Origin: Escherichia coli
GTDB lineage: Bacteria; Pseudomonadota; Gammaproteobacteria; Enterobacterales; Enterobacteriaceae
Strand: one strand, 5' to 3'
Length of the DNA stretch: 64,000 nt
Assembly: GCF_016903815.1 (NCBI RefSeq)
Contig: NZ_CP069973.1
The translations under genes and the position numbers were made by a program. The notes beneath the pieces were generated by a model that had not been told where the DNA came from, ran no database searches, and saw nothing but the letters and a program-made list of their open reading frames with translations. The stretch's first letter is position 1, and each line of letters begins with the position of its first letter. Below, one piece after another: positions 47,838-60,696 of the stretch.

Positions 47838-49232
47838 CTACTCTCTCCGTTCCGGCAATCTAAAGTTAATCTTTTCCACATTAACAATATGGTGATTAAT
47901 CCTGTCGATATCGACGGAGCTTTGCCCCGTTTCATTCACTGCATGAATATTCGCAAGTGAAAGCAGCGTCTCACGCTTTGCCATAAAGACGCCGCGAACG
48001 TCTTTGCGCATGTCGAAGTTCATGCGCAATGCGGCTCCAACTGAGGATTCCTGCATCACTTTGATATTACGCATAAAAAGATGCTGCGGTTTATTGTGAA
48101 GCTCCAGCGAGGCACGCTTCATCTCAATGTTAGTCAGTGCCACAAAGGAGGCAGCATTCCCGGCGGAGATTTGGATGCCGCGCAATTTATAAGCAAGATG
48201 GGTGTTATCCAGTTGAATATTATTCACTCGGAAATTTTGCGGTATCGAGAGATATTTGCCTTTAATTACCCCATAGCCGATTAACATCCCGGCGCTATTA
48301 ATCATTTCAATATTATCAACCACGAAATTGTCACAACCGTAAATAGCAACTGTCGCGTTATCAATGCCTGCTTTCTTACTGAAATCCGGCGTGATATTGC
48401 GGGCTTTGATATTACGAATAACAAAATGTTTACCATTTTCAACATGGATCAACTGCCGACAATCCGATCCCGTGATATTCGCCACGACAAAGTTTTTCAC
48501 TGCCTGATCTTCTGGGTAATTATTACCGTAAGTGCTTCCCGCAAGGCCTATGCCGATGCCCCAGTTGATTTTGCCGTTGGTACAGTTGATGCGCTCGATG
48601 ATGTGATCGGATATCAAAATATCGCGGTCGTTAATCGCCACGTTCCATTCAATGGCATCGCCCTGTAAGTCGCTGAACTTACAATTGGTGATGTTGGCAC
48701 CGATTATCTGGTTATGAAATCCTTGGCGTAAGATGGCGTAATTAGCGTGGCTGACAGTGAGGTTATCGATGGTCAGGTTACGCATGACCCGTTTGTTTTT
48801 GCCGCCGATATAGATCTGCGTCACCGGGCCAAAGCCGCTCATCGTCAGCCCTTTGATGGTGCAGTCAGAACCACGCACATCCAGGGTGATGTTATGCATA
48901 CTGCCGCCCTTCTCCCCTGTCACCTGGCTGCCGTCCTGTAAGACAAATCGCCCTCTGCCATTGCCGCGCAGGCTTCCAAGGATGTGTAACGTTTTACCTG
49001 CAGGAATGAAGATGCCGGTGTTGATATTGTCACAAACCAATCCGGCAGGCACGACGACTGTTTGCCCTTCGCTGAAGGCTTGTTTAAATGAGGCGATCCA
49101 GTCGTGTGGGTTGTAGTCGTTAATGTTAACGCTTTGTCGGGCGGGAAGTGCACGGGCGAAAGGGGTATGGAGGAAGGCAAGCGCCGAGCTTGCCGTCAGG
49201 AAGGTGCGTCGGGAGAGTTTTTTAAATGGCAT
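47838..49232 (-). CDS. wcaM: Colanic acid biosynthesis protein WcaM
   Basis: 464 aa with a Tat-like signal ([13 protein letters not shown]). Confidence 0.9.
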   Translation of the reverse strand: MPFKKLSRRTFLTASSALAFLHTPFARALPARQSVNINDYNPHDWIASFKQAFSEGQTVVVPAGLVCDNINTGIFIPAGKTLHILGSLRGNGRGRFVLQDGSQVTGEKGGSMHNITLDVRGSDCTIKGLTMSGFGPVTQIYIGGKNKRVMRNLTIDNLTVSHANYAILRQGFHNQIIGANITNCKFSDLQGDAIEWNVAINDRDILISDHIIERINCTNGKINWGIGIGLAGSTYGNNYPEDQAVKNFVVANITGSDCRQLIHVENGKHFVIRNIKARNITPDFSKKAGIDNATVAIYGCDNFVVDNIEMINSAGMLIGYGVIKGKYLSIPQNFRVNNIQLDNTHLAYKLRGIQISAGNAASFVALTNIEMKRASLELHNKPQHLFMRNIKVMQESSVGAALRMNFDMRKDVRGVFMAKRETLLSLANIHAVNETGQSSVDIDRINHHIVNVEKINFRLPERRE

Positions 49233-49242
49233 ACGTTCTCCT

Positions 49243-50463
49243 CTATAAAGCTTGCAGCAAGCTGGCGAGTTCTCGATTGATCACCTGCTGGTTAAAATCG
49301 TGTTCAACTTTTTCGCGCGCGCGTTTGACGACCGGAGCCAATTTGTCGGTGTCCAGTTGGCTAAATGCCGCCAGGCGTTGCGCCAGCGCGCGAGCATCGT
49401 TCTCAGGCACCAGCCAGCCGGATTTATCGGCCTCCACCAATTCCGGTATTCCGCTATGCAGAGTAGAAACCACCGGAATGCCGACCGCCATCGCTTCCAT
49501 CAGCGCTACCGGAATGCCTTCCATATCGCCATCCGCGCCCGTTACCGATGGCAACAGGAAGACATCCGCGTCGTCGAGCATCGCTTTCACTTCGTGGCTC
49601 GGTTTAAAGCCCGGCATCTCTACCACATCTTCCAGTTGATATTGTTCGATGAGGGTACGCAGGCGTCGTTCCCACGGGCCAATGCCGAGGATGCGATAGC
49701 GAAATGCCATGCCCTGCTCTTTCAACTGACGGCAGGCTTCGATCGCCACATGCAGGCCTTTTTTTTCAGTTAAGCGTGCGACGGAGATGATTTCCAGCGG
49801 CGTTGCGGGCGCTTTCACCGGACGCGGGCTAAAGCGCGTCATGTCCACGCCCATACGCGATACGGCGATTTTTTCTCTGGGGCAGCCCATTTTTTGCAGC
49901 CTTCCGGCCCACAAATCGCTTATCGGTAACATCAGGTCGCCACGGCGAAACAGTTGCTGATATTCGGGAGTGTAATGGTTGAGCACTTCCCGACTGGAAA
50001 TATCAATGCCGTGGAAAATAGTGGCAATTTTGCCGCGAATGACACCCAGTTCGCGTAGTTTTGCTGCGGTTACCCCCGCCGGGCCAAAATGAGCGATGAA
50101 CACATCGGCGCGAAACGGTGTTGCGACCTGGCCGCAAATGGCAGACAAAATCAGGTTCCGCGACTCGGCACCATAGCGTTTGAGGTTGAGCGCCTGCCAG
50201 GTATTTTTACGATGAATGCCGCGCAAGGTCTGACTGGCGCGGTGGCGCAGCTTCGCCACTTTGCCCGTAGGTTCGTCCTGTAACCATCGGGTTCTGGCGG
50301 CAAGGTTGTATTTCGTCCATGCCGCGTGGGTGTTTTGTGTGTCGCCTTTTTGCAGCGCGACAATCTCCACCTCAAAGCCCATATCAATAAACGCGGTAAT
50401 TTGGTTGAGGACGAAGGTTTCCGACGACAGCGGAAATTTCAGTAAAAAGAAGCCAACCTTCAT
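49243..50463 (-). CDS. wcaL: Colanic acid glycosyltransferase WcaL
   Basis: 406 aa GT4-like. Confidence 0.9.
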   Translation of the reverse strand: MKVGFFLLKFPLSSETFVLNQITAFIDMGFEVEIVALQKGDTQNTHAAWTKYNLAARTRWLQDEPTGKVAKLRHRASQTLRGIHRKNTWQALNLKRYGAESRNLILSAICGQVATPFRADVFIAHFGPAGVTAAKLRELGVIRGKIATIFHGIDISSREVLNHYTPEYQQLFRRGDLMLPISDLWAGRLQKMGCPREKIAVSRMGVDMTRFSPRPVKAPATPLEIISVARLTEKKGLHVAIEACRQLKEQGMAFRYRILGIGPWERRLRTLIEQYQLEDVVEMPGFKPSHEVKAMLDDADVFLLPSVTGADGDMEGIPVALMEAMAVGIPVVSTLHSGIPELVEADKSGWLVPENDARALAQRLAAFSQLDTDKLAPVVKRAREKVEHDFNQQVINRELASLLQAL

Positions 50464-51740
50464 TTCGCCTCCCCAATGCGTTCCAGTACGGACTGCACCA
50501 TCTGCATTCCTGTCTGACGCTCACGACTGACGGCTTCGCTAAGTCGTGCGTTCAGCGCCGGAAGCTGGCCTAAGGTATCCGCAACCATCGCTTGCAGGCT
50601 GCCGTCCAGTAAATGACGGATATCAATCGCCATCTCCGGTAGTCCCAACTGCTGCATAATCCCGGCGGATTTATGTTCATAGTTGATGGCAATCGCCGGA
50701 GTAGCAAAGTTCATTGAGATAATGGCGGAGTGCAGGCGCGTACCGACGGTGAGTTCACAGGCCCCCAGAATTTTGCCCATTTCCAGATCGTTGAGTTCAT
50801 CCATCACTACGTGATAACGGGCAGGATCGCTGATGTGCTGGCGTAGGTTGAGCGCCACCATGCGGTCGTCTTTGTTATAGCTGTCGATGCCCGTACAGGT
50901 GGATAGCGCAATCACCTGATACCCTTCGTCGAGAATGCGATTGACCACCCCGGCAAAGGCTTTTTCATACGCTTGTTGAGTGGTGCCGAGACGTTTGTCG
51001 AACGGTGCCAGTTCGCGCAGGGTAATTGCCACCGTTTTCTGTTGTGCGGCAACGTCCAGCCAGTGTTGGACGGCATAGCTGGCGGTGAAATCTTCTGTGT
51101 GGTGATCGACCAGCCACGCGGTATCGACGCCATCTTCCACTTTTGCAGTGGTGATATTGCTGCGTTTCATCAGTTCGAGACTGACCGATTCGCGCAGGAT
51201 CAGCGCGTTACAGTGACCAAAAACGTAGTTCGCCAGTTGGTTAAATTGCTCATCCTGGAAGGGACCGACGCTGTGACCAATCATAAACAGCGGCTTTTTC
51301 GCCATAAATGTGCAAAGCGCATGTTCAAACTGCGGCACGCCGTAGAGATCGACAAAAAACGATCCGCCGACCTGAATAATGGCGTCGTAACCTGACAGCA
51401 GGCGCACGAAGTCGGTGAATCCCTGGGCGATGGCGATATTACGCAGCTTGCCAGTGTCAGTGACGCGTGAGAGCAATACCTGGTGTTGATAGCGGCGACG
51501 GAGGACTTTTTTAACGCGCCCGACAACGCCCGCCGCGCTGTTGTGTTGTTTCATTTGCAGGAACAGCGGATCGCCCATTACCGGGCGGTTGAGCAGCCAG
51601 GAAGAACTGACCGGATAGCGGCTCATCACGTCCACTTCGGCTTGTGGATTGAGGATGTTGATGGCATCAAGTAAGCCGCGCAAGATGGCGCTGTCGCCAC
51701 GATTGCCGCAAGTGTGGTTGCCCAGAATAAGTAATTTCAT
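50460..51740 (-). CDS. wcaK: Colanic acid pyruvyl transferase WcaK
   Basis: 426 aa. Confidence 0.9.
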   Translation of the reverse strand: MKLLILGNHTCGNRGDSAILRGLLDAINILNPQAEVDVMSRYPVSSSWLLNRPVMGDPLFLQMKQHNSAAGVVGRVKKVLRRRYQHQVLLSRVTDTGKLRNIAIAQGFTDFVRLLSGYDAIIQVGGSFFVDLYGVPQFEHALCTFMAKKPLFMIGHSVGPFQDEQFNQLANYVFGHCNALILRESVSLELMKRSNITTAKVEDGVDTAWLVDHHTEDFTASYAVQHWLDVAAQQKTVAITLRELAPFDKRLGTTQQAYEKAFAGVVNRILDEGYQVIALSTCTGIDSYNKDDRMVALNLRQHISDPARYHVVMDELNDLEMGKILGACELTVGTRLHSAIISMNFATPAIAINYEHKSAGIMQQLGLPEMAIDIRHLLDGSLQAMVADTLGQLPALNARLSEAVSRERQTGMQMVQSVLERIGEAK

Positions 51741-51799
51741 TTTTTCCTCATAAATTTGATGCCAGGTGAGGCTGCGTTTGTTTTGTTCGTTGCCGCTTT

Positions 51800-52000
51800 T
51801 TGCCTGATGCGACGCTGACGCGTCTTATCAGGCCTACAAGACCCGAGCACAGAACCGTAGGCCGGATAAGGCGTTCACGCCGCATCCGGCATTCAGTGCC
51901 TGATGCGACGCTGACGCGTCTTATCAGGCCTACAGGTCCCGAGCACAGAACCGTAGGATGGATAAGGCGTTTTACGCCGCATCCGGCAACCGTTGTCGGA
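51800..52000. repeat. REP/BIME repetitive extragenic palindromes (two copies)
   Basis: GCCTGATGCGACGCTGACGCGTCTTATCAGGCCTACA...CCGTAGG..GGATAAGGCGTT..CGCCGCATCCGGCA, repeated twice. Confidence 0.85.
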
Positions 52001-52015
52001 ACCGAAAACAGCAAC

Positions 52016-53494
52016 TCACCCCGCCCGTAAAAGCATTTTCATTTTTTCGCTGCGACAAAACTGACGCTTCACTTCCACCACCAGCGGATGGCGCGACAGC
52101 ACAATCATCACCACAAACGCCAGCACGCCCGCGGCTATTTGCACCGCCAGCAGCATCCCCAGCGCCAGTTGCCCTTTCAGCACAATGCCCAGCGCATAAC
52201 TAACCACCAGCGTCGGCAGCGAGAGGTAAAACGGCAGCCACAAACTCAGGATGTACTGGCGATAACTGGAACCAAGAACCGGTTTAATCATCACGAAGTA
52301 ACTCAGAATGGTGTTGATAATCTGCACCAGCAGGAAACCGAGCGTGACGCCGATTGCGCCCGCCATCTGCCCACCAATAACAATCGCCGGAATAAACAGA
52401 AAGGTTTTGAATACGTTGAATTTAAAGCTGATGTCGACCCGCGCTTTCGCCATCAGCAGCGAACCAATCGGGTTACCCACGGAGCGCAGCAGACCCACAA
52501 TACACAGCAATTGCAGCACCGGAATAATGCTGTTCCACTTTTCGCCGAATACCAGCGGTACGAAGTTATTCGACACCACCATCAGCCCCAGCAGCGCCGG
52601 AAAGTTGATAATCCCCACTACCGACAGCAGCTTGTAGAAGTTAACACGCAGCTTTTCGGTATCGTCCTGAATTTTGGCGAATGCCGGAAACAACACGCGG
52701 GTGATGATGGGGTTCAGCTTCATCGGTGGCACAACGGCCACGTTGTACGCCAGGTTGTACCCCCCTGCCACGCTCGCGCCGAGAATACGCGCCAGCACCA
52801 GCGTTGAAAGGTTGGTATTGAGATAGTTGATGATGCTGTCCGCCGTCAGCCAGGCACCAAAGCGTAAGTTCGGTGCCACCGACGCCAGCGAGAAATGCAG
52901 ACCGGGGCGATAAATTTTGCGACCAAAGTAGCCAAACAGCAGCGTTCTTACCGCACTATTGACCAGATAACCGAGGATCGCGGTCATCGCCAGCGGCCAG
53001 AAATGGGCGCTAACCACCGTAAAAGTGAAGCCCGCCAGCACCGCGCTGGTTTCGATCATGCCGATTTTGTTGAACTCCAGTTCCTTCTGCATCAACGCGC
53101 GGAACTGCTGCCCGTGGGGGATCACCACAAACGCCAGCGACAATGTTTTAATCAACGGTGCCAGGTCCGGGTTGTTCAGCACGTCGCCGATGAGATCACT
53201 CAACAAAAACACCGCCACGCACACCACAAGCCCCAGCCCGACGTTCAGCCAGTACAACGTGGTGAGTTCAAGGTGGCTGATTTCTTTTCGCTGAATAATC
53301 GAGTTAGCGATACCAAAGTCAGAAAGCGTATCTGCCAGCGCGATGATCACCAGCGACACGGTAAGCAAACCGAACTGGTGGTTGTCGATAATCCGCGCCA
53401 GCACGGTCATCTGCACCAGCCCGAGGCCGATGATGATCACCGTGGCAATCGCCGACCACTTCGCGCCGCTGATGGTTTTTTCACGTAAGCTCAT
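52016..53494 (-). CDS. wzxC: Colanic acid flippase WzxC
   Basis: 492 aa polytopic membrane protein. Confidence 0.92.
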   Translation of the reverse strand: MSLREKTISGAKWSAIATVIIIGLGLVQMTVLARIIDNHQFGLLTVSLVIIALADTLSDFGIANSIIQRKEISHLELTTLYWLNVGLGLVVCVAVFLLSDLIGDVLNNPDLAPLIKTLSLAFVVIPHGQQFRALMQKELEFNKIGMIETSAVLAGFTFTVVSAHFWPLAMTAILGYLVNSAVRTLLFGYFGRKIYRPGLHFSLASVAPNLRFGAWLTADSIINYLNTNLSTLVLARILGASVAGGYNLAYNVAVVPPMKLNPIITRVLFPAFAKIQDDTEKLRVNFYKLLSVVGIINFPALLGLMVVSNNFVPLVFGEKWNSIIPVLQLLCIVGLLRSVGNPIGSLLMAKARVDISFKFNVFKTFLFIPAIVIGGQMAGAIGVTLGFLLVQIINTILSYFVMIKPVLGSSYRQYILSLWLPFYLSLPTLVVSYALGIVLKGQLALGMLLAVQIAAGVLAFVVMIVLSRHPLVVEVKRQFCRSEKMKMLLRAG

Positions 53495-53495
53495 A

Positions 53496-54893
53496 TCAAT
53501 ATGCCGCTTTGTTAACGAAGCCTTTGAATACCGTCAGGAAAACGATTTTGATATCGAACCAGACGCTCCATTCGCGGATGTACTCAAGGTCGAACTCGAC
53601 GCGTTTTTCCATTTTCTCCAGCGTGTCGGTTTCGCCGCGCCAGCCATTAATCTGCGCCCAGCCGGTAATGCCCGGTTTCACCTTATGGCGCAGCATGTAG
53701 CCTTCAATGAGCTGGCGATACTGTTCGTTATGCGCCACCGCGTGCGGACGTGGACCCACAATCGACATCCCCCCGGTCAGCACATTGATAAACTGCGGCA
53801 GTTCATCCAGCGAGGTGCGGCGCAGAAAGTTCCCCACTTTGGTGACGCGCGGATCGTTCTGCGTCGCCTGAGTCACCACTTTGTCGTTCTCCATCACTTT
53901 CATAGAACGGAACTTCCACACTTTGATCGGCTTGCCATCCATGCCGTAGCGAGTCTGGCGGAAAATAACCGGCCCCGGTGAGCTCAGTTTCACCGCCAGC
54001 GCAATGCAGCACAGCACCGGGGAGATCAGCAGCAGGATAAGCGTCGCCAGCACAATGTCTTCTGCACGTTTTATCAGACGGTTAACCCCGGAAAGCGGCG
54101 TGTCATACAGCGGCACCACCGGTACGCCGTTCATCTCTTCGATACGGGAATGGAGAATGTTGAAGGTAAAGACATCGGGGATCAGCAGCACCGAACAGGT
54201 GGTGTCCGCCAGTTGATGGACCAGTTTTTTCACTCGCGCGCCGTCGCACATCTGCATCGCGATATAGACGTTATGAATCTTGCCCGCTTTCGCATCCTCG
54301 ACCAGTTGTTGCAGATTGCCCGCCCAGTCGTTAGAAACGCCGCCCGGTTTTGGGTCGTGGTATACGCCCACCACTTCAAACCCTAACCACGGCTGATTAC
54401 GGAAGCTCTCCATCAGCATTTGTCCGGCGGCTAAATCCCCCGCCACCGCGACCATCCGCTTGTTATAGCCATGATTACGCAGCCAGCCCGCCCCAATGCG
54501 AATACATGAACGGCAAACCACCAGTCCGATGCTGGTCAGCCCATACCACGCCAGCCAGATTTTCAGTTGCGTGTCGAAATCATTGTTGAACGCCACCAGT
54601 CCGGCGCTGAAAATCACGCTTAAGGTCCAGTTTTGTAGCAGCAGGGCAAATTCTGTCGCGGCCCGAACACCGCGCCATGAGCGATAAAAATCGGTGATGC
54701 CGCCCAGCATCTGGAACACCACCAGCGTAATCAGCGCCACCAACAGGTGCATGTAGAGGAATGACAGTCCGCTGACTTCGCAAACCAGCCATAGCCCGGC
54801 AAACATGATGGTGATATCTGAAAAGCGTTGCACCATAGAGATTAACGATGCATTGGTTTTCGCTCGCTCGCGCTTTTTTAGATTTGTCATCGT
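53496..54893 (-). CDS. wcaJ: UDP-glucose:undecaprenyl-phosphate glucose-1-phosphate transferase WcaJ
   Basis: Start taken at MTNLKKRERAK; C-terminal sugar-transferase domain. Confidence 0.92.
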   Translation of the reverse strand, partial: TMTNLKKRERAKTNASLISMVQRFSDITIMFAGLWLVCEVSGLSFLYMHLLVALITLVVFQMLGGITDFYRSWRGVRAATEFALLLQNWTLSVIFSAGLVAFNNDFDTQLKIWLAWYGLTSIGLVVCRSCIRIGAGWLRNHGYNKRMVAVAGDLAAGQMLMESFRNQPWLGFEVVGVYHDPKPGGVSNDWAGNLQQLVEDAKAGKIHNVYIAMQMCDGARVKKLVHQLADTTCSVLLIPDVFTFNILHSRIEEMNGVPVVPLYDTPLSGVNRLIKRAEDIVLATLILLLISPVLCCIALAVKLSSPGPVIFRQTRYGMDGKPIKVWKFRSMKVMENDKVVTQATQNDPRVTKVGNFLRRTSLDELPQFINVLTGGMSIVGPRPHAVAHNEQYRQLIEGYMLRHKVKPGITGWAQINGWRGETDTLEKMEKRVEFDLEYIREWSVWFDIKIVFLTVFKGFVNKAAY

Positions 54894-55024
54894 TGTTCCT
54901 GTTCTATTGTCGCCTCGCCCCTCACCCCGGCCCTCTCCCAAAGGGGCGAGGGGGAGAAGAAAGTTCCGTGCTCACTTCTCTCCGCAGGCAGTAGAGCGTC
55001 AGGGTGAGGGGGAAAGTAATGACA

Positions 55025-56395
55025 TTACTCGTTCAGCAACGTCAGCAGAGTTCGCGTTCGCGCTTCCATCAGCGGTACATCACCGCGCGATTCCACATTC
55101 AACCGCACCACCGGTTCGGTGTTGGAGGAACGCAGGTTAAAGCGCCAGTCGGCAAAGGTCATGCTGATACCATCGGTGCGATCCACTGCCAGCGCCTCAC
55201 GGCTAAAGTGCTGTTCCACGCGGTTAATCGCCTCAACGGGTTGCGCCAGTTTGCTGTTGATCTCACCGCTTGCCGGAAACGCCGCCATCCGGTCGCGTAC
55301 CAGTTCGCCCAGCGTTTTTCCTTTCAGGCACACCAGTTCGGCGACCAGCAGCCATGGGATCATGCCGCTGTCGCAGTAAGCGAAATCACGGAAGTAATGG
55401 TGGGCGCTCATTTCGCCACCGTAGATGGCGTCTTCCTTGCGCATCCGTTCTTTAATAAAGGCGTGTCCGGTTTTCGACATTACCGGCGTGCCGCCTGCAG
55501 CAGTCACCACATCAATAGTGTTCCAGGAGAGACGCGGATCATGGATGATCTTCGCGCCGGGATTTTTTTCGAGGAACGCTTCTGCCAGCAGGCCGACAAT
55601 GTAGTAGCCCTCGATAAACTGCCCTTTTTCGTCAAACAGAAAACAGCGGTCAAAATCGCCATCAAAGGCAATGCCCATATCCGCGCCGTGTTTGATGACC
55701 GCATTGCGGGTGTCGTCGCGACATTCCGGTAGCAGCGGGTTAGGAATACCGTTGGGGAAATTGCCGTCCGGTGTGTTGTGTACTTTGATTAATTCCACGG
55801 GCGCGCCGAGGGCTTTAAAGCGGGCTTCAATGGCGTCCACCACCGGACCCGCTGCGCCATTCCCGGAGTTGATCACCAGCTTGAGCGGCGTGAGATTTTT
55901 GACATTGATATAACCGAACAGGTGATCAACGTAAGCGTCACGCAGGTTGATTTGCTGATAGCGACCGCGTTTGGTTTCATCGACGGGAGGAAAGTCGTTG
56001 GCTTCAGCCAGACGCTGGACGTCGCGCAGTCCGGTATCTCCGCTGATCGGGCGAGCCCCCTCGCGAACCAGCTTCATGCCGTTATAATCCATCGGATTAT
56101 GGCTGGCGGTAACTTCAATGCCGCCATCCACGCCGAGATGGAACGTGGCGAAATAGATCTCTTCGGTGCCGGACATACCAATATCCAGCACGTCAACGCC
56201 CGCATCCTGTAAACCTTTTGCCAGCGCCAGTTTTAAGGTTTCGCTGGTGAGACGGACATCACCGCCTAACACAATGGTTTTCGGTTTGAGAAATTCGCCA
56301 TAGGCGCGACCAATGCGCCAGGCGATATCTTCATTCAGTTCTTCGCCTAATTTCCCGCGAATATCATAGGCTTTAAAGCAGGTTAATTTTTTCAT
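55025..56395 (-). CDS. cpsG: Phosphomannomutase
   Basis: 456 aa from [14 protein letters not shown]; phosphoserine loop TASHNP. Confidence 0.93.
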   Translation of the reverse strand: MKKLTCFKAYDIRGKLGEELNEDIAWRIGRAYGEFLKPKTIVLGGDVRLTSETLKLALAKGLQDAGVDVLDIGMSGTEEIYFATFHLGVDGGIEVTASHNPMDYNGMKLVREGARPISGDTGLRDVQRLAEANDFPPVDETKRGRYQQINLRDAYVDHLFGYINVKNLTPLKLVINSGNGAAGPVVDAIEARFKALGAPVELIKVHNTPDGNFPNGIPNPLLPECRDDTRNAVIKHGADMGIAFDGDFDRCFLFDEKGQFIEGYYIVGLLAEAFLEKNPGAKIIHDPRLSWNTIDVVTAAGGTPVMSKTGHAFIKERMRKEDAIYGGEMSAHHYFRDFAYCDSGMIPWLLVAELVCLKGKTLGELVRDRMAAFPASGEINSKLAQPVEAINRVEQHFSREALAVDRTDGISMTFADWRFNLRSSNTEPVVRLNVESRGDVPLMEARTRTLLTLLNE

Positions 56396-56484
56396 GTCGT
56401 TACCCTTTTTCAGGCAATAGTTGGCCCTGACCGAAACGGCCAATTTTGTTTTTGTCGTTATTTACATCTCGGTTTCGCATTCAT

Positions 56485-56585
<101 letters not shown>

Positions 56586-56587
56586 GT

Positions 56588-58024
56588 TTACACCCGTCCG
56601 TAGCGATCCGCGAAACGCACCACATCATCCTCTTCGAGATAAGAGCCGGAGCGCACTTCAATTAAATCGAGCGGAATTTTCCCCGGGTTTTCCAGGCAAT
56701 GCGTCGCCCCCAGCGGAATATAAATGGACTCGTTTTCACCAAGCAGTTTGATATCACCATCAATGGTGACTTTTGCCGTTCCCGCGACAACCACCCAGTG
56801 TTCCGCGCGGTGATGGTGCATCTGTACCGACAAGCCCTCGCCCGGTTTCACGGTGATGCGTTTCACCTGGTAGCGGTCGCCCGCGTCGATAGAGTCATAT
56901 TTGCCCCACGGGCGATAGACTTCGCGATGCACCCGATGCTCATGGCGACCATCGGCTTTGATCTGCTCGACCACTTTTTTCACATCCTGCACCGCGTTAC
57001 GGTCGGCAATCAGCACCGCATCTTTGGTCTGCACCACTACCAGATCTTTCACCCCGACGGTGGTTACGAGGCCAGATTCGGCGTACACATAGCTGTTTTC
57101 AGTTTTGTGATTAATCACATCGCCGTGGCAAACGTTGCCCTCGGCGGTGTGGGCGCTAATTTCCCATAATGAGGACCAGGAGCCGACATCGCTCCAGCCC
57201 GCATCCATCGGCACCACAACGGCATCTGCCGTACGTTCCATGACCGCGTAATCCACCGACTCTTCCGGGCAGGCGAGAAACGCTTCTTCATCCACACGAA
57301 TAAAATCGAGATCCGGATCGACGGCGCTCATCGCTTTTTCACAGGCATCGAGAATATCCGGACGATATTTTTTCAGTTCTTCGAGATAGCGTCCGGCGCG
57401 GAACAGGAACATGCCGCTGTTCCAGTAATATTCGCCGCTTGCCACATAGGCCTGGGCGGTTTCCAGATTCGGTTTTTCGACAAACTGCGCCACTTCAAAG
57501 GCCACCGTATCCTGCTCACCCGCAGACACTTCACCGCGACGAATATAGCCATAACCGGTTTCTGGTAGATCCGGCACAATGCCGAAGGTCACCAGCTTGC
57601 CCGCTTCGGCATATGGCATGGCATTACGCACGGCGGCACGGAACGCGTCTTCATCGGCAATCACATGATCCGCCGCCAATACCAGCATTAACGGGTCGCT
57701 CTCCGGGCTATGACGTTTTGCCGCCAGCGCCGCCAGCGCAATGGCAGGTGCCGTGTTTCGCCCTGCCGGTTCGAGAATAATGTTCTCGGTAAGTTTGTTC
57801 AGTTGACGCAGCTGTTCCGCGACAATAAAGCGGTGCTGCTCATTGCAAATCACCACCGGGCTTTCGCACTCCACGCCGTTCAGGCGGCAGATGGTGGTTT
57901 GCAGCATGGTGAGATCGCCTTTCAGGCATAAAAACTGCTTGGGGTAAAGTACGCGGGAAAGCGGCCATAAGCGGCTACCGGAGCCACCTGCCATCACAAC
58001 TGGATAGAGTTTCGACTGCGCCAT
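56588..58024 (-). CDS. cpsB: Mannose-1-phosphate guanylyltransferase
   Basis: 478 aa; [16 protein letters not shown] motif. Confidence 0.93.
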   Translation of the reverse strand: MAQSKLYPVVMAGGSGSRLWPLSRVLYPKQFLCLKGDLTMLQTTICRLNGVECESPVVICNEQHRFIVAEQLRQLNKLTENIILEPAGRNTAPAIALAALAAKRHSPESDPLMLVLAADHVIADEDAFRAAVRNAMPYAEAGKLVTFGIVPDLPETGYGYIRRGEVSAGEQDTVAFEVAQFVEKPNLETAQAYVASGEYYWNSGMFLFRAGRYLEELKKYRPDILDACEKAMSAVDPDLDFIRVDEEAFLACPEESVDYAVMERTADAVVVPMDAGWSDVGSWSSLWEISAHTAEGNVCHGDVINHKTENSYVYAESGLVTTVGVKDLVVVQTKDAVLIADRNAVQDVKKVVEQIKADGRHEHRVHREVYRPWGKYDSIDAGDRYQVKRITVKPGEGLSVQMHHHRAEHWVVVAGTAKVTIDGDIKLLGENESIYIPLGATHCLENPGKIPLDLIEVRSGSYLEEDDVVRFADRYGRV

Positions 58025-58026
58025 AA

Positions 58027-59250
58027 TTATCCCCGAATATCATTTATAAATTGACGTAACACGTTCTCTTTATCGAGTGTGCGTTCGGCATATTCACGTG
58101 CCACCGTGTTGTGTTTGGGCAGCAGGAGCGCCTGACGGATCCCCGCCACCAGCGCCTCGACCGATTCCGGTTCTACGCAAACCGCAATGCCCGGAAAGGT
58201 TTCGCAAAGCTGCCCCAGTTCTGTGTGGGCCTCTGCGGTAATCACCGCGTTACCGCCTACCGCCAGAATATTGGTCAGTTTCGACGGCAATACGGCATCT
58301 GCCGCGCCGCGTTTTTGCACCACCAGATGGCAATCGCCCATCTTCAGCAGTGCGGGTAAAGCGTCATACGATTGCAGCGGGAAAAATTGCATGTTGCGCA
58401 GTCCACGCTGCTGCGCCATTTTTTCCAGCCGCGCTTTGCCGCCGCCCTGCCCGACAATGGCAAAAATCAGCGGTTCATCGCGCAGACGATCGGCAGCTTC
58501 AATAACGTTTTCCAGCCCCTGCTTTTCACCAATATTGCCGGAGTAAAGAATGATTTTTTTGTTATCCGGCAGGTCAAGCTGGTTACGAAGGGCGTCAACA
58601 TCGGCATCTGCAACATGCTGAAAACGGGCAATTTCCGACCAGTTGGGGAAGAAGATGACGTTTTCCGCCGCCACGCCTTTTTCGATGGCTTTATTCATCA
58701 TCGAACGCGAAATCGTGGAGACGTTATCGACGTTATGCAGTCCGCTACGTTCGAACGCCGTTGCCAGCTGTGCCACTTTGCCGCCTTTGCCTTTTCCGGC
58801 AAGGCCCAGCCCCAGCATGGCGTTCACTTCGTAATCCTGAATATGCAGCACGGTACGCGCACCAGAGAGTTTCGCCAGCAGACGCATTCCCGGCGTGCAA
58901 AACAGCGTTGGCACCACGCCGATAATGCGATCCGGCTTCCAGCGACGTTGCGCCATCAACGGGAAAAAACTGCTGACGGCAAAACTGCCGAGATGCAACA
59001 GGCGTTTCAGGGTGCTCGGCTGTTTTGGCACGTACAGCGGGCAGCGCCACACCGTGGCGGCCCCCTCTTCTCGTTTGTAGCGCCAGGCGGAATAGTTCTC
59101 GCCCACCTGCCACTGCGGGTAGTAAGGCGGTGCGGTAATGACCCGCACCTCATGACCTTGTGCCGCCAGCCATTCCACCATCTCGCCGGTGTATTTGCCG
59201 ATGCCGGTTAACTCCGGCGAGTAGTTAATGCCGTAGACCAGTATTTTCAT
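58027..59250 (-). CDS. wcaI: Colanic acid glycosyltransferase WcaI
   Basis: 407 aa. Confidence 0.92.
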   Translation of the reverse strand: MKILVYGINYSPELTGIGKYTGEMVEWLAAQGHEVRVITAPPYYPQWQVGENYSAWRYKREEGAATVWRCPLYVPKQPSTLKRLLHLGSFAVSSFFPLMAQRRWKPDRIIGVVPTLFCTPGMRLLAKLSGARTVLHIQDYEVNAMLGLGLAGKGKGGKVAQLATAFERSGLHNVDNVSTISRSMMNKAIEKGVAAENVIFFPNWSEIARFQHVADADVDALRNQLDLPDNKKIILYSGNIGEKQGLENVIEAADRLRDEPLIFAIVGQGGGKARLEKMAQQRGLRNMQFFPLQSYDALPALLKMGDCHLVVQKRGAADAVLPSKLTNILAVGGNAVITAEAHTELGQLCETFPGIAVCVEPESVEALVAGIRQALLLPKHNTVAREYAERTLDKENVLRQFINDIRG

Positions 59251-59729
59251 AATCCGGGTACTCCGGCACGCTTCTCAGCGAGAAAATAGGCGCGGCTGTT
59301 AGCGTGAACATTGTCACTGGCGAGCAGTGCGTCCGGCGTCAGCCAGCGGTAATCGTCATGCTGTTCATCCGGCAGTAACAGCTCTTCTTCAGCGACTCTG
59401 AAGCGAAAACCGAGCACCACATAGTGAGTGGTGAAATCCGTGCCGGAGAAGTTATCGTCATAAAAGTGCTGCCAGACACCGTAAAACTTGCCTGATGTTA
59501 TCGGCAGACGCAGCCCCAGTTCCGCCATCGTCAGCCGCACAAATGCGGCTTCCAGCGTTTCGTCTTTCTGCACGCGCCCTCCCGGCACAAACCAGTAACC
59601 CTGCGCCGGGCGGTTGGTTCTTTTGCCAAGCAGAAACTCGCCGCGACTGTTCTCGACAATAAAGTCGAGAGAGACAAGCGGTGTGGAGCGCACTACAGTG
59701 GCAAAGTCTTCCTGACGTAAAAACATCAT
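59247..59729 (-). CDS. gmm: GDP-mannose mannosyl hydrolase (Nudix)
   Basis: 160 aa Nudix-fold protein. Confidence 0.9.
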   Translation of the reverse strand: MMFLRQEDFATVVRSTPLVSLDFIVENSRGEFLLGKRTNRPAQGYWFVPGGRVQKDETLEAAFVRLTMAELGLRLPITSGKFYGVWQHFYDDNFSGTDFTTHYVVLGFRFRVAEEELLLPDEQHDDYRWLTPDALLASDNVHANSRAYFLAEKRAGVPGL

Positions 59730-60694
59730 TCCCCCCGAAAGCGGTCTTGATTCTCAAGGAACCACTGGTAAGTGCTGGCAAGCCCCGCTTCCAGTGAGAT
59801 TTCGTGATACCAGCCAAGCTGATGCAGGCGCGTCACATCCAGCAGTTTGCGCGGCGTACCATCCGGTTTGCTGGCATCAAAAACCACCCGACCTTTGTAA
59901 CCCACCACTTTGGCGATGGTTTGCGCCAGCTCGCGGATAGTGCAGTCAACGCCCGTACCAACGTTAATGTGCGACAGCATCGGCTGGGTGTTCTCCAGCC
60001 AGACTTCATGCGCCAGCTCCATGACATGAATGCTCGCCGCCGCCATGTCATCGACGTGCAGGAATTCACGCATCGGTGTACCGCTGCCCCATACCACCAC
60101 GTCCGGCGCATTCTGTGCCGTCGCCTCGTGGAAGCGACGCAGCAATGCTGGGATCACATGCGAGTTACTCGGGTGGAAGTTGTCATGCGGCCCGTACAGG
60201 TTGGTCGGCATGACAGAGCGGTAATCGCGTCCATACTGGCGGTTGTATGATTCGCACAGTTTGATCCCGGCGATTTTGGCAATGGCGTAAGGCTCGTTGG
60301 TCGGCTCCAGCGTGCCCTGCAATAACTCGCTTTCTGCCATCGGCTGTTTTGCCAGTTTCGGGTAGATGCAGGACGATCCGAGAAACAGCAGTTTGTTCGC
60401 GTCGTTCTGATGCGCGGCGTGAATGATGTTGCTCTCAATCATCATGTTCTGGTAGATGAAATCCGCCGGATAGGTGTTGTTGGCAACAATGCCGCCCACT
60501 TTCGCCGCCGCCAGATAGACCTGGTCAATGCGTTCGCTGGCAAAGAAATCATGCACGGCGCGGCTGTCCAGCAGGTTCAGCTCGTCGCGGGTACGTAATA
60601 CCAGCTCCACATCACCGCGCTGTTCGAGCTGCCGCTTGATGGCAGAACCGACCATCCCACGATGGCCAGCGATAAAAATGCGTTGTTTACTCAT
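59726..60694 (-). CDS. fcl: GDP-L-fucose synthase
   Basis: [19 protein letters not shown]. Confidence 0.95.
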   Translation of the reverse strand: MSKQRIFIAGHRGMVGSAIKRQLEQRGDVELVLRTRDELNLLDSRAVHDFFASERIDQVYLAAAKVGGIVANNTYPADFIYQNMMIESNIIHAAHQNDANKLLFLGSSCIYPKLAKQPMAESELLQGTLEPTNEPYAIAKIAGIKLCESYNRQYGRDYRSVMPTNLYGPHDNFHPSNSHVIPALLRRFHEATAQNAPDVVVWGSGTPMREFLHVDDMAAASIHVMELAHEVWLENTQPMLSHINVGTGVDCTIRELAQTIAKVVGYKGRVVFDASKPDGTPRKLLDVTRLHQLGWYHEISLEAGLASTYQWFLENQDRFRGE

Positions 60695-60696
60695 GC

